Positions 31,401 through 42,451 are shown, counted from the stretch's first letter. The stretch: DNA of 64,000 nt from Nitrospirota bacterium (GCA_963701855.1 CAVPBK010000006.1:1248001-1312000); one strand, 5' to 3'. Numbers and translations are program-made. The notes: generated from the letters alone by a model not told the origin.

Positions 31401-32777
31401 TTATTTCTTGCGAACCAGCATACGGATCGGAGTTCCCTCGAATCCATATTCCTCGCGGAGTTGGTTTTCGAGAAAGCGGAGGTAGGCGGGTGTGATATTG
31501 TCCGGGTGGCCGACAAACAAGGCAAAGACCGGCGGTTGTGTCGCGACCTGGGTCATGAAGGCAGATTTGGTGATCTTCGTCGGTTTGCCCTTGCGCACAG
31601 GCAAGGGATGGGTGGCGAGGATCTCCTGGAGGAACTTGTTCAACGCTCCGGTCGGGATCCGCTTTGAAAAAGCCGCGAATACCCTGTCAATGGTGGGAAA
31701 GAGCTGGCCAAGCGAATCGGGATGGGCCGCGGATGCGAAGAGGACCGGCGCCCAGGTCAGAAAGGGAAAGCGCCGCCGAAGTTCCAGTTCGACCTCCTGG
31801 CGAGCTTGGCTATCGCCTTCCCGAAGGTCCCATTTATTCACCAGCAGGAAGCAGGCCCGCCCTTGCTTGATGATGATCCCGGCAATCTTGGTGTCCTGCT
31901 CGGTCACGCCTTCTATGGAATCGAGTAACAAGATCCCGAGGTCGGACCGGCCGATGGCCAAGTGTGATCGGACCACGCTATAGCCCTCGATCCCCCGGTC
32001 GATCTTTCCGCGCCGGCGAATACCGGCGGTATCGGTGAAGAGATACTGCCGTCCTTGACGAAGAGCGATCGAATCGATCGAGTCCCTGGTGGTTCCTGGC
32101 ACATCGCTGACCACCACTCGGTCCTCCCCGAGCACAGCATTCACCAGCGTGGATTTGCCGACATTCGGCCGTCCCACGACAGCAATGCGGGGCATTGTCG
32201 TCTGCTCAGGGTTCTCATCTGGGTCCGGGAGGAGCGGAAAGATGGCATCCAGGAGTTCGGAGACACCGATGCCGTGTTCCGCAGAGATAGGATAGAGCGT
32301 GTCTGTGCCCAATTGATAGAAGTCCGCCACGAGCGTTTCGACCTTGGGCGTGTCGATCTTATTAATCACGACAAACAACGGCTTCGGCGTTCCGCGCAAG
32401 AGACGGACCACTTCCTGGTCCGGGGTCGTTAGTCCGGTCCGGCCGTCCATCAGTAGGATCAACATGTCCGCTTCCGCAATCGCCAGTTCCGATTGACGTT
32501 TGATGAGGGCCAGCATGCCTTCTGAGGCCGAAGGGTCCAGGCCTCCTGTATCCACCAAGCGGAATGGCCGATTCCGATAGGTGGCGTCGGCGTAGTTACG
32601 ATCCCTGGTGACACCTGGCACGTCGTCCACGATGGCTGTTCGCTTGCCGAGCATGCGATTAAAGAGCGTCGACTTGCCGACGTTGGGGCGACCGATAATG
32701 GCCACAATGGGCGGGCGAGCCGTTGAGGATGACGGCGCCGGTGCTGTCTGTACGGGGGTGTTCTTGGTGCGTGGCAT
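31401..32777 (-). CDS. der: Ribosome biogenesis GTPase Der (EngA)
   Basis: Two GRPNVGKS P-loops, DTGG/DTAG, NKID/NKWD, C-terminal YLRFLEN..R. Confidence 0.97.
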   Translation of the reverse strand: MPRTKNTPVQTAPAPSSSTARPPIVAIIGRPNVGKSTLFNRMLGKRTAIVDDVPGVTRDRNYADATYRNRPFRLVDTGGLDPSASEGMLALIKRQSELAIAEADMLILLMDGRTGLTTPDQEVVRLLRGTPKPLFVVINKIDTPKVETLVADFYQLGTDTLYPISAEHGIGVSELLDAIFPLLPDPDENPEQTTMPRIAVVGRPNVGKSTLVNAVLGEDRVVVSDVPGTTRDSIDSIALRQGRQYLFTDTAGIRRRGKIDRGIEGYSVVRSHLAIGRSDLGILLLDSIEGVTEQDTKIAGIIIKQGRACFLLVNKWDLREGDSQARQEVELELRRRFPFLTWAPVLFASAAHPDSLGQLFPTIDRVFAAFSKRIPTGALNKFLQEILATHPLPVRKGKPTKITKSAFMTQVATQPPVFALFVGHPDNITPAYLRFLENQLREEYGFEGTPIRMLVRKK

Positions 32778-32863
32778 GGGAAATCGTATTTCGACCGTAA
32801 CATAAGAATTTTGGCAAACACAACCAGCTCGTCTTCTTGGTCGGCCTCCGATATACTTTCCCA

Positions 32864-33562
32864 ATGACTCAGCACGCAGCACGCAGTCCTCAGTGCTTCC
32901 TCAATTGGAACGAGATCGACGACGTCCTCCTCGACATGGACGGGACTCTGCTCGACCGCCATTTCGACAATTTCTTTTTCGAAGAGGAGTTGCCCCGGCG
33001 TTATGCCGCGCTCCATGGCCTGCAGCTCGAAGAGTCCCGCAACATGCTGATGGCGATGTACCGCTCGGTCGAAGGTGAATTGGCCTGGACCGATCTACAT
33101 TATTGGACGCAGCGAGTGGGAATCGATGTTGTGGCGTTGCATCGTGAGTTGGATCACATGATCGGATTCCTGCCGGGAGCAGAAGATTTTCTGCGCCACC
33201 TTCGCCAGCTTGGGAAGCGCGTGACGATTGTGACGAATGCGCACGAGGCGGGTGTGTCCGTGAAAGTCGCCAAGACCGGGCTCGATCGGCAGGTGGATCG
33301 CATAGTGAATGCGTTTGAAGTGGGGTATCTGAAAATGCGTCCGGAGTATTGGCCCAATTGTGCGCAACTACTGGGATTCGACCCGACAAGGTCTCTCTTC
33401 ATGGATGATGACGAAGGCTGTCTGCTCGCGGCAAAACAATTCGGAGTCGCCCATCTCATTCATAGTGCCAAGTCGAGTTCTCAACTGCCTCCCGCCCCGC
33501 TCGCTCAGTTCATCTCGATCACCGGTTTTTCTCCACTCCTTAATGGGCGATTTACAATCTAG
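32864..33562 (+). CDS. HAD hydrolase, YrfG (GMP/IMP nucleotidase)-like
   Basis: LLDMDGTLLDRHFDNFF, VTNAH and FMDD motifs. Confidence 0.85.
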   Translation: MTQHAARSPQCFLNWNEIDDVLLDMDGTLLDRHFDNFFFEEELPRRYAALHGLQLEESRNMLMAMYRSVEGELAWTDLHYWTQRVGIDVVALHRELDHMIGFLPGAEDFLRHLRQLGKRVTIVTNAHEAGVSVKVAKTGLDRQVDRIVNAFEVGYLKMRPEYWPNCAQLLGFDPTRSLFMDDDEGCLLAAKQFGVAHLIHSAKSSSQLPPAPLAQFISITGFSPLLNGRFTI

Positions 33563-34179
33563 TCCGGTCGGGTTGCTGTACCTCTATACATCTCACCTCC
33601 GAGCCTGGGCACACTCTGCATCTGGAAGCGATCGAGCGCCCCGATCTTCAAGCCGGCCTGGGCGATGATTTGGTCGATCTTGCGGTTCAGGTTGCAGCCA
33701 CATCCAATAATGTTCTGAATGGGATTCAGCCGGTCCTGCCAGGCTGCAACCTTTGTGTCCTCGCTCCGGCCATGCTCTAGAAACAGAAATGCTCCGTGAG
33801 GCTTGAGGATCCGACGGACTTCTCGGAGCGCCTTGACCGGATCCGGAATGGTACAGAGAGTCCAGGTGCTGACGACGAAATCAAAAGATCGGTCATCATA
33901 GGGCAATGACTCAGCGGTGACATGTTGGATGTGAATGGGGAAGGGCTGATTGGTGCAGCGGTCCGCGACGATCTTGGGGAGAAGATCGGCCGGGTCAACG
34001 GCATGGAGTCGCGCAATGGTCTTGGGATAATGTGGCAGATTCAGCCCGGTTCCAATTCCCAGTTCCAACACCTCACCATGGAGGTTAGAGAGCAGATCTG
34101 TGCGCAGAAGCCTGAACTCTTCTCCCGCCATGACCCAATTCATGAGGCGAGGAAAGATATGGTGGGTGTAGAGTCCCAT
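33559..34179 (-). CDS. Class I SAM-dependent methyltransferase
   Basis: VLELGIGTGLN, AESLPYDDRSFD and LKPHG motifs. Confidence 0.9.
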   Translation of the reverse strand: MGLYTHHIFPRLMNWVMAGEEFRLLRTDLLSNLHGEVLELGIGTGLNLPHYPKTIARLHAVDPADLLPKIVADRCTNQPFPIHIQHVTAESLPYDDRSFDFVVSTWTLCTIPDPVKALREVRRILKPHGAFLFLEHGRSEDTKVAAWQDRLNPIQNIIGCGCNLNRKIDQIIAQAGLKIGALDRFQMQSVPRLGGEMYRGTATRPD

Positions 34180-34358
34180 GGCGGCGCGTAGTATAGCAAA
34201 GACCTCGCAGAGCAGGGCCGCGGAATCTTGTGACCCCGAGAGGGCTGTGTTAGATTCGCTGATCCGGTATCGAGCCATCAGGAGTCGGCTTTCAGCCATC
34301 GGTGTTCTGAAAGGAATCCTGTTGATAGCCGAAGGCTGAACGCTTCCCCGATGTATTT

Positions 34359-36794
34359 ATGAGCAAAACATTCGATCACAGTGCGATTGAGGCCAAATGG
34401 CAGGCTTATTGGGAACAGCATCGGATTTTCCGTGCCTCAGAGGACCAATCGAAGCCCAAATTTTATTGTCTCGACATGTTTCCCTATCCCTCCGGCTCTG
34501 GTCTCCACGTCGGTCATCTTGAAGGGTACACGGCGACCGATATCGTGTCCCGCTACAAACGCATGAGGGGCTTCAATGTCCTGCATCCAATGGGGTGGGA
34601 TGCGTTCGGGCTCCCTGCCGAGCAGTATGCGGTGAAGACCGGAATCCATCCAGTTGTCACGACAGCCGAGAACATTGCGACCTTCAAACGCCAGATGAAA
34701 CGTGTCGGACTGTCCTATGACTGGGAGCGCGAGGTCAGCACGATCGACCCCGATTATTATCGCTGGACACAGTGGATATTTTTGAGACTGTTTGAGCGAG
34801 GGCTCGCCTACGTGGCGGAAGTGCCGGTGAACTGGTGTCCTGCCCTGGGAACGGTGCTGGCCAATGAAGAAATTATCGACGGGAAGAGTGAAGTCGGCGG
34901 GTTCGATGTCGTGCGCAAGCCCATGAAGCAGTGGGTCTTAAAAATCACGGCCTATGCCGACCGACTCCTCGAAGATTTGAAGCTGGTCGAATGGCCGGCC
35001 AGCACGTTGGAGATGCAGAAGAATTGGATCGGCCGATCGATCGGCGCGGAAGTCGAGTTCGATCTGGCCGGTGCCCCTGGCATGGTTCGGATCTTTACGA
35101 CGAGGCCCGATACCTTGTTCGGCGCGACCTATATGGTGCTGGCGCCTGAGCATCCGTTAGTGGCGGTGGTCACGACTGCTGACCGTCGCATCGAGGTCAC
35201 CGCCTATCGCGAGTCGGCGGCCAGAAAAAGTGATCTCCAACGGCAGGAACTTGAAAAGGAAAAGACCGGAGTCTTCACCGGCGGCTATGCGATGAATCCG
35301 GTGAACAAGGAGCCGCTGCCCATTTGGATTGCCGATTACGTGTTGATGGGCTACGGGACCGGGGCCATCATGGCTGTGCCCGCGCACGACGAGCGCGACT
35401 GGGCTTTTGCGAAGACCTATGGTTTGCCGATCCGAGAAGTGATCGCAGGCGGTCAGGTTGAACAGGTGGCGTTCATTGCGACCGACAAAGGGACTGTCGT
35501 CAATTCCACGACGCCGGACAGAAGCTTTACCATCGATGGGCTTACACCGGATGACGCGATTCCGAAAATCACGGCTTGGTTAGAATCGCAGGGCAAGGGC
35601 CGCAAGGCAGTGAACTACAAGTTGCGGGATTGGCTGTTTGCCCGTCAACGGTATTGGGGCGAACCCTTTCCGATTGTGTGGGTTGACGGCCAAGCCATTC
35701 CGCTTCCGGAAGAGCAGCTGCCGCTACTGTTGCCGGAGACCAGCAACTTCAAACCGTCAGGGAATGGCGAAAGTCCGCTCGCGAATTTAACCGACTGGCT
35801 GACGACCATCGACTCGATCAGTGGGGTGCAGGCGCGTCGTGAAACCAACACGATGCCTCAATGGGCCGGCTCCTGCTGGTATTATCTGCGATTTATTGAT
35901 CCGAAGAATCAGGACCAGCTCGTCGATCCGGCAAAAGAGCGCTACTGGATGCCGGTGGATCTCTATATCGGCGGCAGCGAACATGCCGTGCTGCATTTGC
36001 TCTATGCGCGGTTTTGGCACAAGATTCTGTACGACATTGGAGTGGCCAGTACGCCGGAGCCGTTCAAGAAGTTGGTGCATCAAGGGATTGTGCTGGGAGA
36101 AGACAACCAGAAGATGTCGAAATCCCGTGGCAACGTCGTCAATCCTGACGAGATCATGGATCAGTTCGGGGCCGATGCAGTGCGGCTCTATGAAATGTTC
36201 ATGGGCCCGCTGGAGGCCGTGAAGCCCTGGAGTACGAGGGGTGTAGAAGGGGTCACGCGGTTTCTCGAACGAGCCTGGAGGCTCATGGTCAACGAAGAAG
36301 GTCGACTCTTAAGCACCGTGGTGGAGACGGTTCCTACTCTCGAACATCAGCGGTTGCTCCATCAGACGATCAAGAAGGTGACGGAGGATATCGAAGCCTT
36401 GCGGTTCAATACCGCAATCTCCCAGATGATGATCTTTACGAACGAGATGACAAAGACCGAGCAGCGCTCACGGGCCTTACTTGAGCCATTTGTTCTTCTT
36501 CTGGCGCCCTTCGCGCCCCATTTGACGGAAGAATTGTGGGCGGTGTTGGGTCACCAGCCGAGCATCTCTCAGCAGCCTTGGCCGGTCTTCGATCCGGTGC
36601 TGACCGTCAGCGATCGATTGATCATCCCGATCCAGGTAAATGGAAAGCTGCGGGCTAAACTCGAGGTGGGTGCCGACGCCACTCGCGAGCAGATCGAAGG
36701 TCTGGCTCGTCCGCAGATTGCGGAGTGGTTGCATGGCAAAGAGCCGAAGAAGATTGTGTATGTCGAGAAAAAACTCATCAACTTCGTCGTCTAA
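34359..36794 (+). CDS. leuS: Leucine--tRNA ligase
   Basis: MFPYPSG..LHVGH, TTRPDT and KMSKS motifs. Confidence 0.98.
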   Translation: MSKTFDHSAIEAKWQAYWEQHRIFRASEDQSKPKFYCLDMFPYPSGSGLHVGHLEGYTATDIVSRYKRMRGFNVLHPMGWDAFGLPAEQYAVKTGIHPVVTTAENIATFKRQMKRVGLSYDWEREVSTIDPDYYRWTQWIFLRLFERGLAYVAEVPVNWCPALGTVLANEEIIDGKSEVGGFDVVRKPMKQWVLKITAYADRLLEDLKLVEWPASTLEMQKNWIGRSIGAEVEFDLAGAPGMVRIFTTRPDTLFGATYMVLAPEHPLVAVVTTADRRIEVTAYRESAARKSDLQRQELEKEKTGVFTGGYAMNPVNKEPLPIWIADYVLMGYGTGAIMAVPAHDERDWAFAKTYGLPIREVIAGGQVEQVAFIATDKGTVVNSTTPDRSFTIDGLTPDDAIPKITAWLESQGKGRKAVNYKLRDWLFARQRYWGEPFPIVWVDGQAIPLPEEQLPLLLPETSNFKPSGNGESPLANLTDWLTTIDSISGVQARRETNTMPQWAGSCWYYLRFIDPKNQDQLVDPAKERYWMPVDLYIGGSEHAVLHLLYARFWHKILYDIGVASTPEPFKKLVHQGIVLGEDNQKMSKSRGNVVNPDEIMDQFGADAVRLYEMFMGPLEAVKPWSTRGVEGVTRFLERAWRLMVNEEGRLLSTVVETVPTLEHQRLLHQTIKKVTEDIEALRFNTAISQMMIFTNEMTKTEQRSRALLEPFVLLLAPFAPHLTEELWAVLGHQPSISQQPWPVFDPVLTVSDRLIIPIQVNGKLRAKLEVGADATREQIEGLARPQIAEWLHGKEPKKIVYVEKKLINFVV

Positions 36795-36805
36795 GGAAGT
36801 GCTGA

Positions 36806-37477
36806 GTGGTAAGACCTGAGACCAAGAATGGTGCGATTCGGAACGAGAGGGCGTACCGCCTTTTTATTCTCAGCACTCACGTCTCAGCACTGTGTCTGTC
36901 CCTTGTGCTTCTGGGTGCGTGCGGGTATCAATTCCGTGTGGAGGGAGCTGGGCCTACGATCGGGGGAACTACAGCGACCTCTTCTCCTACGTCACCGCCA
37001 CCGCGATTAATTGTCCGGACGTTGGAAAACAAGAGTTTTGAGCCGAATTTGGAAACCCGCTATACCAACTATCTGCGCCATGAATTTTCATCCGGCAGTG
37101 GGGCTCAGGTCGTTCCAGACTCTGAGTCAGCCGATCTTGTGCTGTCAGGGCAAATCCTCTCAGTTATTCTTCCGTCGCTCAGTTTCACCCAGACCACCAC
37201 ACTCGAAAGCCGCGCAGAGGTTATGGTGATCATCAAGGTGGAGGAGACCAGAACGCGACGTCTCGTGTGGGCGCAAACGGCGAAAGGCACGTCGGAGTTC
37301 TACGTGACGTCCGATCTGCAATTTAACCGCGTCCTGCAGAACCGGGCCTTAGAACAAGCTGGCCGTTTCATCGCCGAGGATTTGGCTTCCCGTTTTCTGC
37401 TTCAGTTGGAATCGGGGCAGTTGGCAAAGCCGTCCGCTCTTCCGGCGTCGGACAACGTGGACACCAACGTCAAGTAA
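36806..37477 (+). CDS. lptE: LPS assembly lipoprotein LptE
   Basis: Lipobox LGACGY; conserved leuS-lptE-holA order. Confidence 0.8.
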   Translation: MVRPETKNGAIRNERAYRLFILSTHVSALCLSLVLLGACGYQFRVEGAGPTIGGTTATSSPTSPPPRLIVRTLENKSFEPNLETRYTNYLRHEFSSGSGAQVVPDSESADLVLSGQILSVILPSLSFTQTTTLESRAEVMVIIKVEETRTRRLVWAQTAKGTSEFYVTSDLQFNRVLQNRALEQAGRFIAEDLASRFLLQLESGQLAKPSALPASDNVDTNVK

Positions 37478-37482
37478 ATCGG

Positions 37483-38607
37483 ATGTCTCCTATGGCCTCA
37501 ACCATCTCTCACGTCCAACTCCTTGCGCAGCTTGCGCAAGGAGCAGTTGCGCCGCTGTACGCGATCGTTGGCGAGGAAGACTTACTGCGCGATATGGCCC
37601 TAGGTGCGCTGAAATCCGCGTTGTTGGGAGAGGGTGAGAGCCACTTCAATTGCGATCTGTTCTATGGAGACGATGTGAGCGGGAGAGAGATTGTCACCTG
37701 TGCTTCTGAAGTAGCGGTATTTGCAGCTCGACGAGTGGTGGTGGTGAAAGCGGCCGATAAACTTCCAGCCCGGGAGTGCGATGCGATCCTTCCCTATTTG
37801 AAGGAGCCGAATGACACCACGTCTGTAATCTTCGTCGCACCGAAACTTGACGGACGACTCAAGTTCACCCAGGCCCTGGCAAAGGCCGCGGTGACGGTCG
37901 ATTGCTCTCCTCTCAGAGAGGCGCAGTGGCTTCCTTGGCTCAGACAGGACGCTGAACGGGTCGGGATCCTGCTCAACGGCGAAGCAATTGATTTGCTTAA
38001 AGAGGTCTGTGGCGGCTCACTCTACTCGGTTCGGCGCGAACTGGAAAAGCTAGCTGCGTATGTCTCGCCCGGTCAGGCTGTCACTGCCGGCGATGTAGCG
38101 ACGTTGCGCGGCACGGAGCCTGGCGCTTCAGTATTTGATTTGACATTGGCGATCGGCGGCAAAGACCGCGGGCGGGTATTGGCGATCCTGGCCAGAAATC
38201 TGGAAGCGGGGGAGGCTCCATTGAGAATCCTTGGCTCATTGGCCTGGCAATATCGGAGACTGTGGAAGGTCAAGGAAGTCGTACGGCAAGGGGGCCGTGA
38301 GGGGGAAGCCGCTCGGACTTTGCGTATGGATCCTTACAAGGTTCGAGCATTTCTCGATCAATTTCCAGACACCCACCTGCATGAGGCGCTTCGGTTATTT
38401 TTGGATGTTGATGCCAAGCTGAAGGGTGGAAGTGGCGGACGTCCCGCGCGAATTCTAGAAGACGTGTTGTTGCGGTTATGTGATCGTGCAGTGCCGAATG
38501 CAATCCCAACCTCGCCGAGTCGTGGCTCTGAAGTGCCGCAACCAGTGAGGGCAAGAACCATATCGAACGTGCGAACGATTACGCGCGGGAAGCAGACAAG
38601 GAGTTGA
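37483..38607 (+). CDS. holA: DNA polymerase III delta subunit
   Basis: YAIVGEE, ELEKLAAY and DAKLKG motifs; synteny. Confidence 0.9.
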   Translation: MSPMASTISHVQLLAQLAQGAVAPLYAIVGEEDLLRDMALGALKSALLGEGESHFNCDLFYGDDVSGREIVTCASEVAVFAARRVVVVKAADKLPARECDAILPYLKEPNDTTSVIFVAPKLDGRLKFTQALAKAAVTVDCSPLREAQWLPWLRQDAERVGILLNGEAIDLLKEVCGGSLYSVRRELEKLAAYVSPGQAVTAGDVATLRGTEPGASVFDLTLAIGGKDRGRVLAILARNLEAGEAPLRILGSLAWQYRRLWKVKEVVRQGGREGEAARTLRMDPYKVRAFLDQFPDTHLHEALRLFLDVDAKLKGGSGGRPARILEDVLLRLCDRAVPNAIPTSPSRGSEVPQPVRARTISNVRTITRGKQTRS

Positions 38608-38857
38608 CGTGGAGCGTGAGGCGAGCAATTCGGCGCGAGGCCGTGTTCGGTTTCATCACACCTTTTGTCACTGCCTTGCCGAGGGCCGACGTGGCTTGGC
38701 GCAGGGATACCTTCGCATCCTCGACCTTCTTCTCAGTCACGGCCGCTTGGACTTTCTTTACGAGGCTCTTGAGGGCACCCAGCGTCGCACGGTTACGGTC
38801 GTGCCGCTTGACGGCTTGGCGGGCTCGGCGAATTGTCGATTTATGTATAACCGGCAT
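38579..38857 (-). CDS. rpsT: 30S ribosomal protein S20
   Basis: KSTIRRARQ..RN, KGVMKPNTASRR; convergent with holA. Confidence 0.93.
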   Translation of the reverse strand: MPVIHKSTIRRARQAVKRHDRNRATLGALKSLVKKVQAAVTEKKVEDAKVSLRQATSALGKAVTKGVMKPNTASRRIARLTLHVNSLSASRA

Positions 38858-38942
38858 AGTAGACTCCTATAAACAAGAGCGAACTTGTACCACACGGCTC
38901 TCTGAAGCGTCAAGGTGAGCCATTTATCAAAAGGACAAGCCT

Positions 38943-39656
38943 GTGTCAACCATTATTGCCCGTGATCGCTTAATCCTGGCCCTCGACGTACCCTCAAGCG
39001 ATGAAGCCGACCGGCTTCTCGATCGTGTGCATGATCAGATCGTGTTTGTGAAGGTCGGACTCGAACTGTTCACCGCTGCCGGACCGGAGATGGTCCAACG
39101 CCTGATTACGCAAGGAAAGCGAGTGTTTCTGGATCTCAAGTTTCTCGATATCGAGGAAACGGTTCGTCGGGCCACTGCGCGGGTTGCAGCGATGGGTGTG
39201 GATTTCTTAACGGTTCATGCAAACCGCAAGGCGCTGGCCGCAGCCGTCCAAGGCCGTGGAACGTCCACGATGAAACTGTTGGCGGTGACGGTATTGACCA
39301 ACTTTGACACCCATGACCTCCGCGACATGGGCATTCAACGGAGCGTCCAGGATCTGGTCACCGCGCGAGCCTTATTAGCATCCGAGGTGGGTTGTGATGG
39401 GGTGGTGGCCTCGGGCGAAGAGCCGGCGATTCTCCGTTCCAAGGTCGGTCCACGGTTTCTGATCGTCACACCCGGTGTGCGTCCTGTCGGCAAAGATGTT
39501 GATGATCATGCCAGAGCGACCACGCCGACTCAGGCGATTTCGGCGGGAGCTGACTACTTGGTGGTCGGCCGACCCATCAGAGATGCGTCGGATCCCGCCG
39601 CCACTACCGCCACAATTCTTACGGAAATGCAGGCGGCCTTCGATGCCAGGGTCTGA
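38943..39656 (+). CDS. pyrF: Orotidine-5'-phosphate decarboxylase
   Basis: LALD, KVGLEL, FLDLKFLDI, VTPGVR and VVGRPI motifs. Confidence 0.95.
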   Translation: MSTIIARDRLILALDVPSSDEADRLLDRVHDQIVFVKVGLELFTAAGPEMVQRLITQGKRVFLDLKFLDIEETVRRATARVAAMGVDFLTVHANRKALAAAVQGRGTSTMKLLAVTVLTNFDTHDLRDMGIQRSVQDLVTARALLASEVGCDGVVASGEEPAILRSKVGPRFLIVTPGVRPVGKDVDDHARATTPTQAISAGADYLVVGRPIRDASDPAATTATILTEMQAAFDARV

Positions 39657-39802
39657 CAATGGTCATTTCCTATCAGTGGAAATAAGAGCCGAGCAGAGGG
39701 CTCTTCTCGATTGACGCTTGACGTCAAGCCTGGTTGCGGGTCTTCTTCTCTCTTTGTTAAGATCCCTCCACCACAGAACTTGGTCGAGTATCTTCTCCGC
39801 AT

Positions 39803-39880
39803 GGTGGGTGTAGCTCAGCTGGTTAGAGCGCCGGATTGTGGATCCGGAGGTCGCGGGTTCGAAACCCGTCACTCACCCCA
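39803..39880 (+). tRNA. tRNA-His (GTG)
   Basis: Cloverleaf with G-1, acceptor GTGGGTG/CACTCAC, anticodon loop TTGTGGA, TTCGAAA T-loop, C73 and encoded CCA. Confidence 0.97.
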
Positions 39881-40101
39881 TTTTCTTAATTGCGTAAGTT
39901 GATGATCAAAGGTCTGGTCTCCCAATAAAGCCTTTGGCTTCATCGCTTTCTGCAGGCGAACCACTTTTATATCTCTTCTAAGTTTTCTATTGTTTCGATC
40001 CGGTTAACCCTTGTACCGACACAATTTCAGCACACCTTGACAGATTCCAGGTATGATGCTCGGCGAAACGTCGCGTTGAACCCTAGCTAGGAGAAGGACC
40101 C

Positions 40102-40476
40102 ATGATCACGAGTCTTCATGGATGGATGTGTAGCAAGCGGAATCTCTTCATAGGGGCAGCCCTTGGACTGCTGATTGCCTTGACGGGGAACCAAGCGATA
40201 GCTGAGGAAACATCAGAAACCAGCCCTAAAGGGGCGGGGCTACAAGCGGCCAGTTGGTTAGCCACCGTTCCGTATGGTGCCGTGAAGGTCGCATATGCTC
40301 TCGTCGGGGGCATCGTGGGTGGCCTCACCTGGGCTTTGACTGGAGGAAACACGGAGATTGCCAAGGCGGTCTGGATTCCTTCTATGACCGGTAATTACAT
40401 CGTGCAGCCAGAGAACCTCACCGGGGACAAGCCCCTCCATTTCATGGGCGGGTCATCCGACCGATCCGATCCGTAA
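40102..40476 (+). CDS. Small exported/membrane hypothetical protein
   Basis: RBS, signal peptide and Gly-rich hydrophobic segment. Confidence 0.7.
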   Translation: MITSLHGWMCSKRNLFIGAALGLLIALTGNQAIAEETSETSPKGAGLQAASWLATVPYGAVKVAYALVGGIVGGLTWALTGGNTEIAKAVWIPSMTGNYIVQPENLTGDKPLHFMGGSSDRSDP

Positions 40477-40647
40477 CGTCCTACCGGTCAGGAGAGTGTC
40501 CGGGGTATCCTTCCAGGTGCACCCTTGGTCACCTGCGTTGTTTCCATCCGCGATGAAACAGGGGTGGGGTAGGCTTCGGAGCCGCCCACTGCGCCGAGAG
40601 GATCCCGGGATCGAACCCGTGTTTTAACACGATCTCGACTTCGCCTT

Positions 40648-40853
40648 TAGAGGGGGTCCCGAAAATTCGGACAGTGTGGTAAGTGGTAGCCTTGCTTCAC
40701 CAACGCCACCGAGGAGTGGCAAACCAGAGGAGCGAGGCGATGAAGCGAACGAGACGCAATCACGGGGCGGCATTCAAGGCCAAGGTGGCCTTGGCAGCAT
40801 GCAAGGGCGACAAGACGCTGGCGGAGTTAGCGGAACAATTTGGCGTGCATCCC
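40648..40853 (+). mobile_element. IS3-family left end and truncated OrfA
   Basis: GGGGTCCCGAAAATTCGGACA end; MKRTRRNHGAAFKAKVALAA..GDKTLAELAEQFGVHP from 40740. Confidence 0.8.
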
Positions 40854-40997
40854 GAACCCTTTGCCCATTGCAATCTCAATCGTCCGCAGATGACCGATGA
40901 TCTCTTCAGCCGTGTACCGTTTCCGTGCCATACCCCCCTCCTTTCGTCGGCTGGAATCCTAACTCCAGATCCGACCTGGTTTATAGGGGGCAGGTCA
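40854..40997 (-). mobile_element. Second IS3-family (IS407-group-like) left end and truncated OrfA
   Basis: Minus strand TGACCTGCCCCC end, RBS AAGGAGG, and MARKRYTAEEIIGHLRTIEIAMGKG from 40931. Confidence 0.75.
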
Positions 40998-41164
40998 TGC
41001 TTGCGCAGAATCCTCAGCGTTGATCGAGTAACCATTCCTGGCCTCCGAGTCTCTTGAGGCTTCGCCAAACAGAAGCTCCCAGCCCAGATTGCCGAGGCGC
41101 AAAAGCTGGCGTGGGAGTGGAAGCCAAAAACCAATGAGCGACAATCCACCCCAAACGCGACACC

Positions 41165-41263
41165 ATGTCCCTCGAAGAAGCCACCGTTTCCAACATGTGG
41201 GAGATTACCGCGATTGTGGCGGCGCTCGAACGGAAGGGCTTGTGCACGGAGCAGGACCTCTAG
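41165..41263 (+). pseudogene. Fragment of a small island-associated hypothetical gene
   Basis: MSLEEATVSNMWEITAIVAALERKGLCTEQDL then stop; plausible coding continues out of frame (DII.EFR). Confidence 0.45.
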
Positions 41264-41395
41264 ACATCATCCCTGAGTTCCGGACTTCCGTTCGTGATAT
41301 CCCGGCTCTCAGTCCGCAAGCCTGTGGCCCATTTCCGAAAGGGAATGGGCGGCGGTGAGCACAGCGGGGGGCCCTGCTGTGACCCCTTAGCCACC

Positions 41396-42277
41396 TCACG
41401 ATGCCCCTTCCTGCACAGTCACGCAGGCTCGCCCGCTCAGGGTCGTGGTGCCTTCCACGTAATAATCAAACTCCACCGTATGCCAGCCATGGCCGAACAG
41501 GCCCGTCGTGGCTGTGGTGCCGTTGTCATCAGGGAAGCCATAGGGCGCGGTGTGTTCGACATGATGCACAGCCCCGTCCAGGCGCACCGTCGCCATGACA
41601 TCCCGCGTGTCGGTCGTGGTACCTTTTACACCCCACGGACCTGTGGCCGGATTGCCCACGACCGTCAGAGTCACCGCCCCCACGGAGGTCGGGCTCCCTT
41701 CCTGCACGGTCATGCAGGCCCGTCCGCTCAGGGTCGTGGTGCCTTCCACGTAATAATCAAACTCCACCGTATGCCAGCCATGGCCGAACAGGCCCGTCGT
41801 GGCTGTGGTGCCGTTGTCATCAGGGAAGCCATAGGGCGCGGTGTGTTCGACATGATGCACAGCCCCGTCCAGGCGCACCGTCGCCATGACATCCCGCGTG
41901 TCGGTCGTGGTACCTTTTACACCCCACGGACCTGTGGCCGGATTGCCCACGACCGTCAGAGTCACCGCTCCCCCAGGGGGCGGAGCCGGGTAGGTCGTGA
42001 GGTTGCTCTCGGTCGACTGATTGTTCTTAAGGTCATAGGCCGTAATGAAGTAGTAGTGCGTCCCGGCCGGCGTTCCAACATTGAAACTCGTGGTCTTTCC
42101 CAATGTGACAAGAAGAGACTCATTGGCAGAGGCAAGTGTGCAGGGTTGCTGACTGCATTGATAGACGTGATATCCCGCCAGATCCGGTTCACTGTTGGCG
42201 TTCCACGTCAATGTGGCACCCCATGCAGTACTCGACCACAACACAAGCACACCAACAATGGCTCTCACCCAATTCAT
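41396..42277 (-). CDS. Secreted protein with FN3-like domain and two tandem Ig-like repeats
   Basis: Signal peptide; LTWNANSEPDLAGYHVY...YYFITAYD..NNQS; two 91-aa near-identical repeats. Confidence 0.8.
   Translation of the reverse strand: MNWVRAIVGVLVLWSSTAWGATLTWNANSEPDLAGYHVYQCSQQPCTLASANESLLVTLGKTTSFNVGTPAGTHYYFITAYDLKNNQSTESNLTTYPAPPPGGAVTLTVVGNPATGPWGVKGTTTDTRDVMATVRLDGAVHHVEHTAPYGFPDDNGTTATTGLFGHGWHTVEFDYYVEGTTTLSGRACMTVQEGSPTSVGAVTLTVVGNPATGPWGVKGTTTDTRDVMATVRLDGAVHHVEHTAPYGFPDDNGTTATTGLFGHGWHTVEFDYYVEGTTTLSGRACVTVQEGAS
41405..41968. repeat. Near-perfect direct repeat, 273 bp, period 291 bp
   Basis: 41405-41677 vs 41696-41968, differing at only a few positions near one end. Confidence 0.95.
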
Positions 42278-42435
42278 ACAGATACTCCTATTGCATCCTG
42301 TTCGGAAGCAGGCACACCATTCCCGGAGAAGTCCACTTCTCACGTACCAGTACCTCTGTCGGATTGCAGAACTGACTCCGTCACCCGAGGAGAGATTGAA
42401 GAGGGCAACCGTTCACCTCTTCATTGTGGTAACTA

Positions 42436-42451
42436 CGCAAGGTGCATGCCG
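42436..42451 (-). promoter_or_regulatory. Possible sigma-54 promoter
   Basis: Minus strand CGGCATGCACCTTGCG with correct GG-N10-GC spacing, upstream of 42277. Confidence 0.4.

Noticed and set aside
39663..39902. Short ORFs over the tRNA
   Set aside because: Shadow translations of tRNA-His
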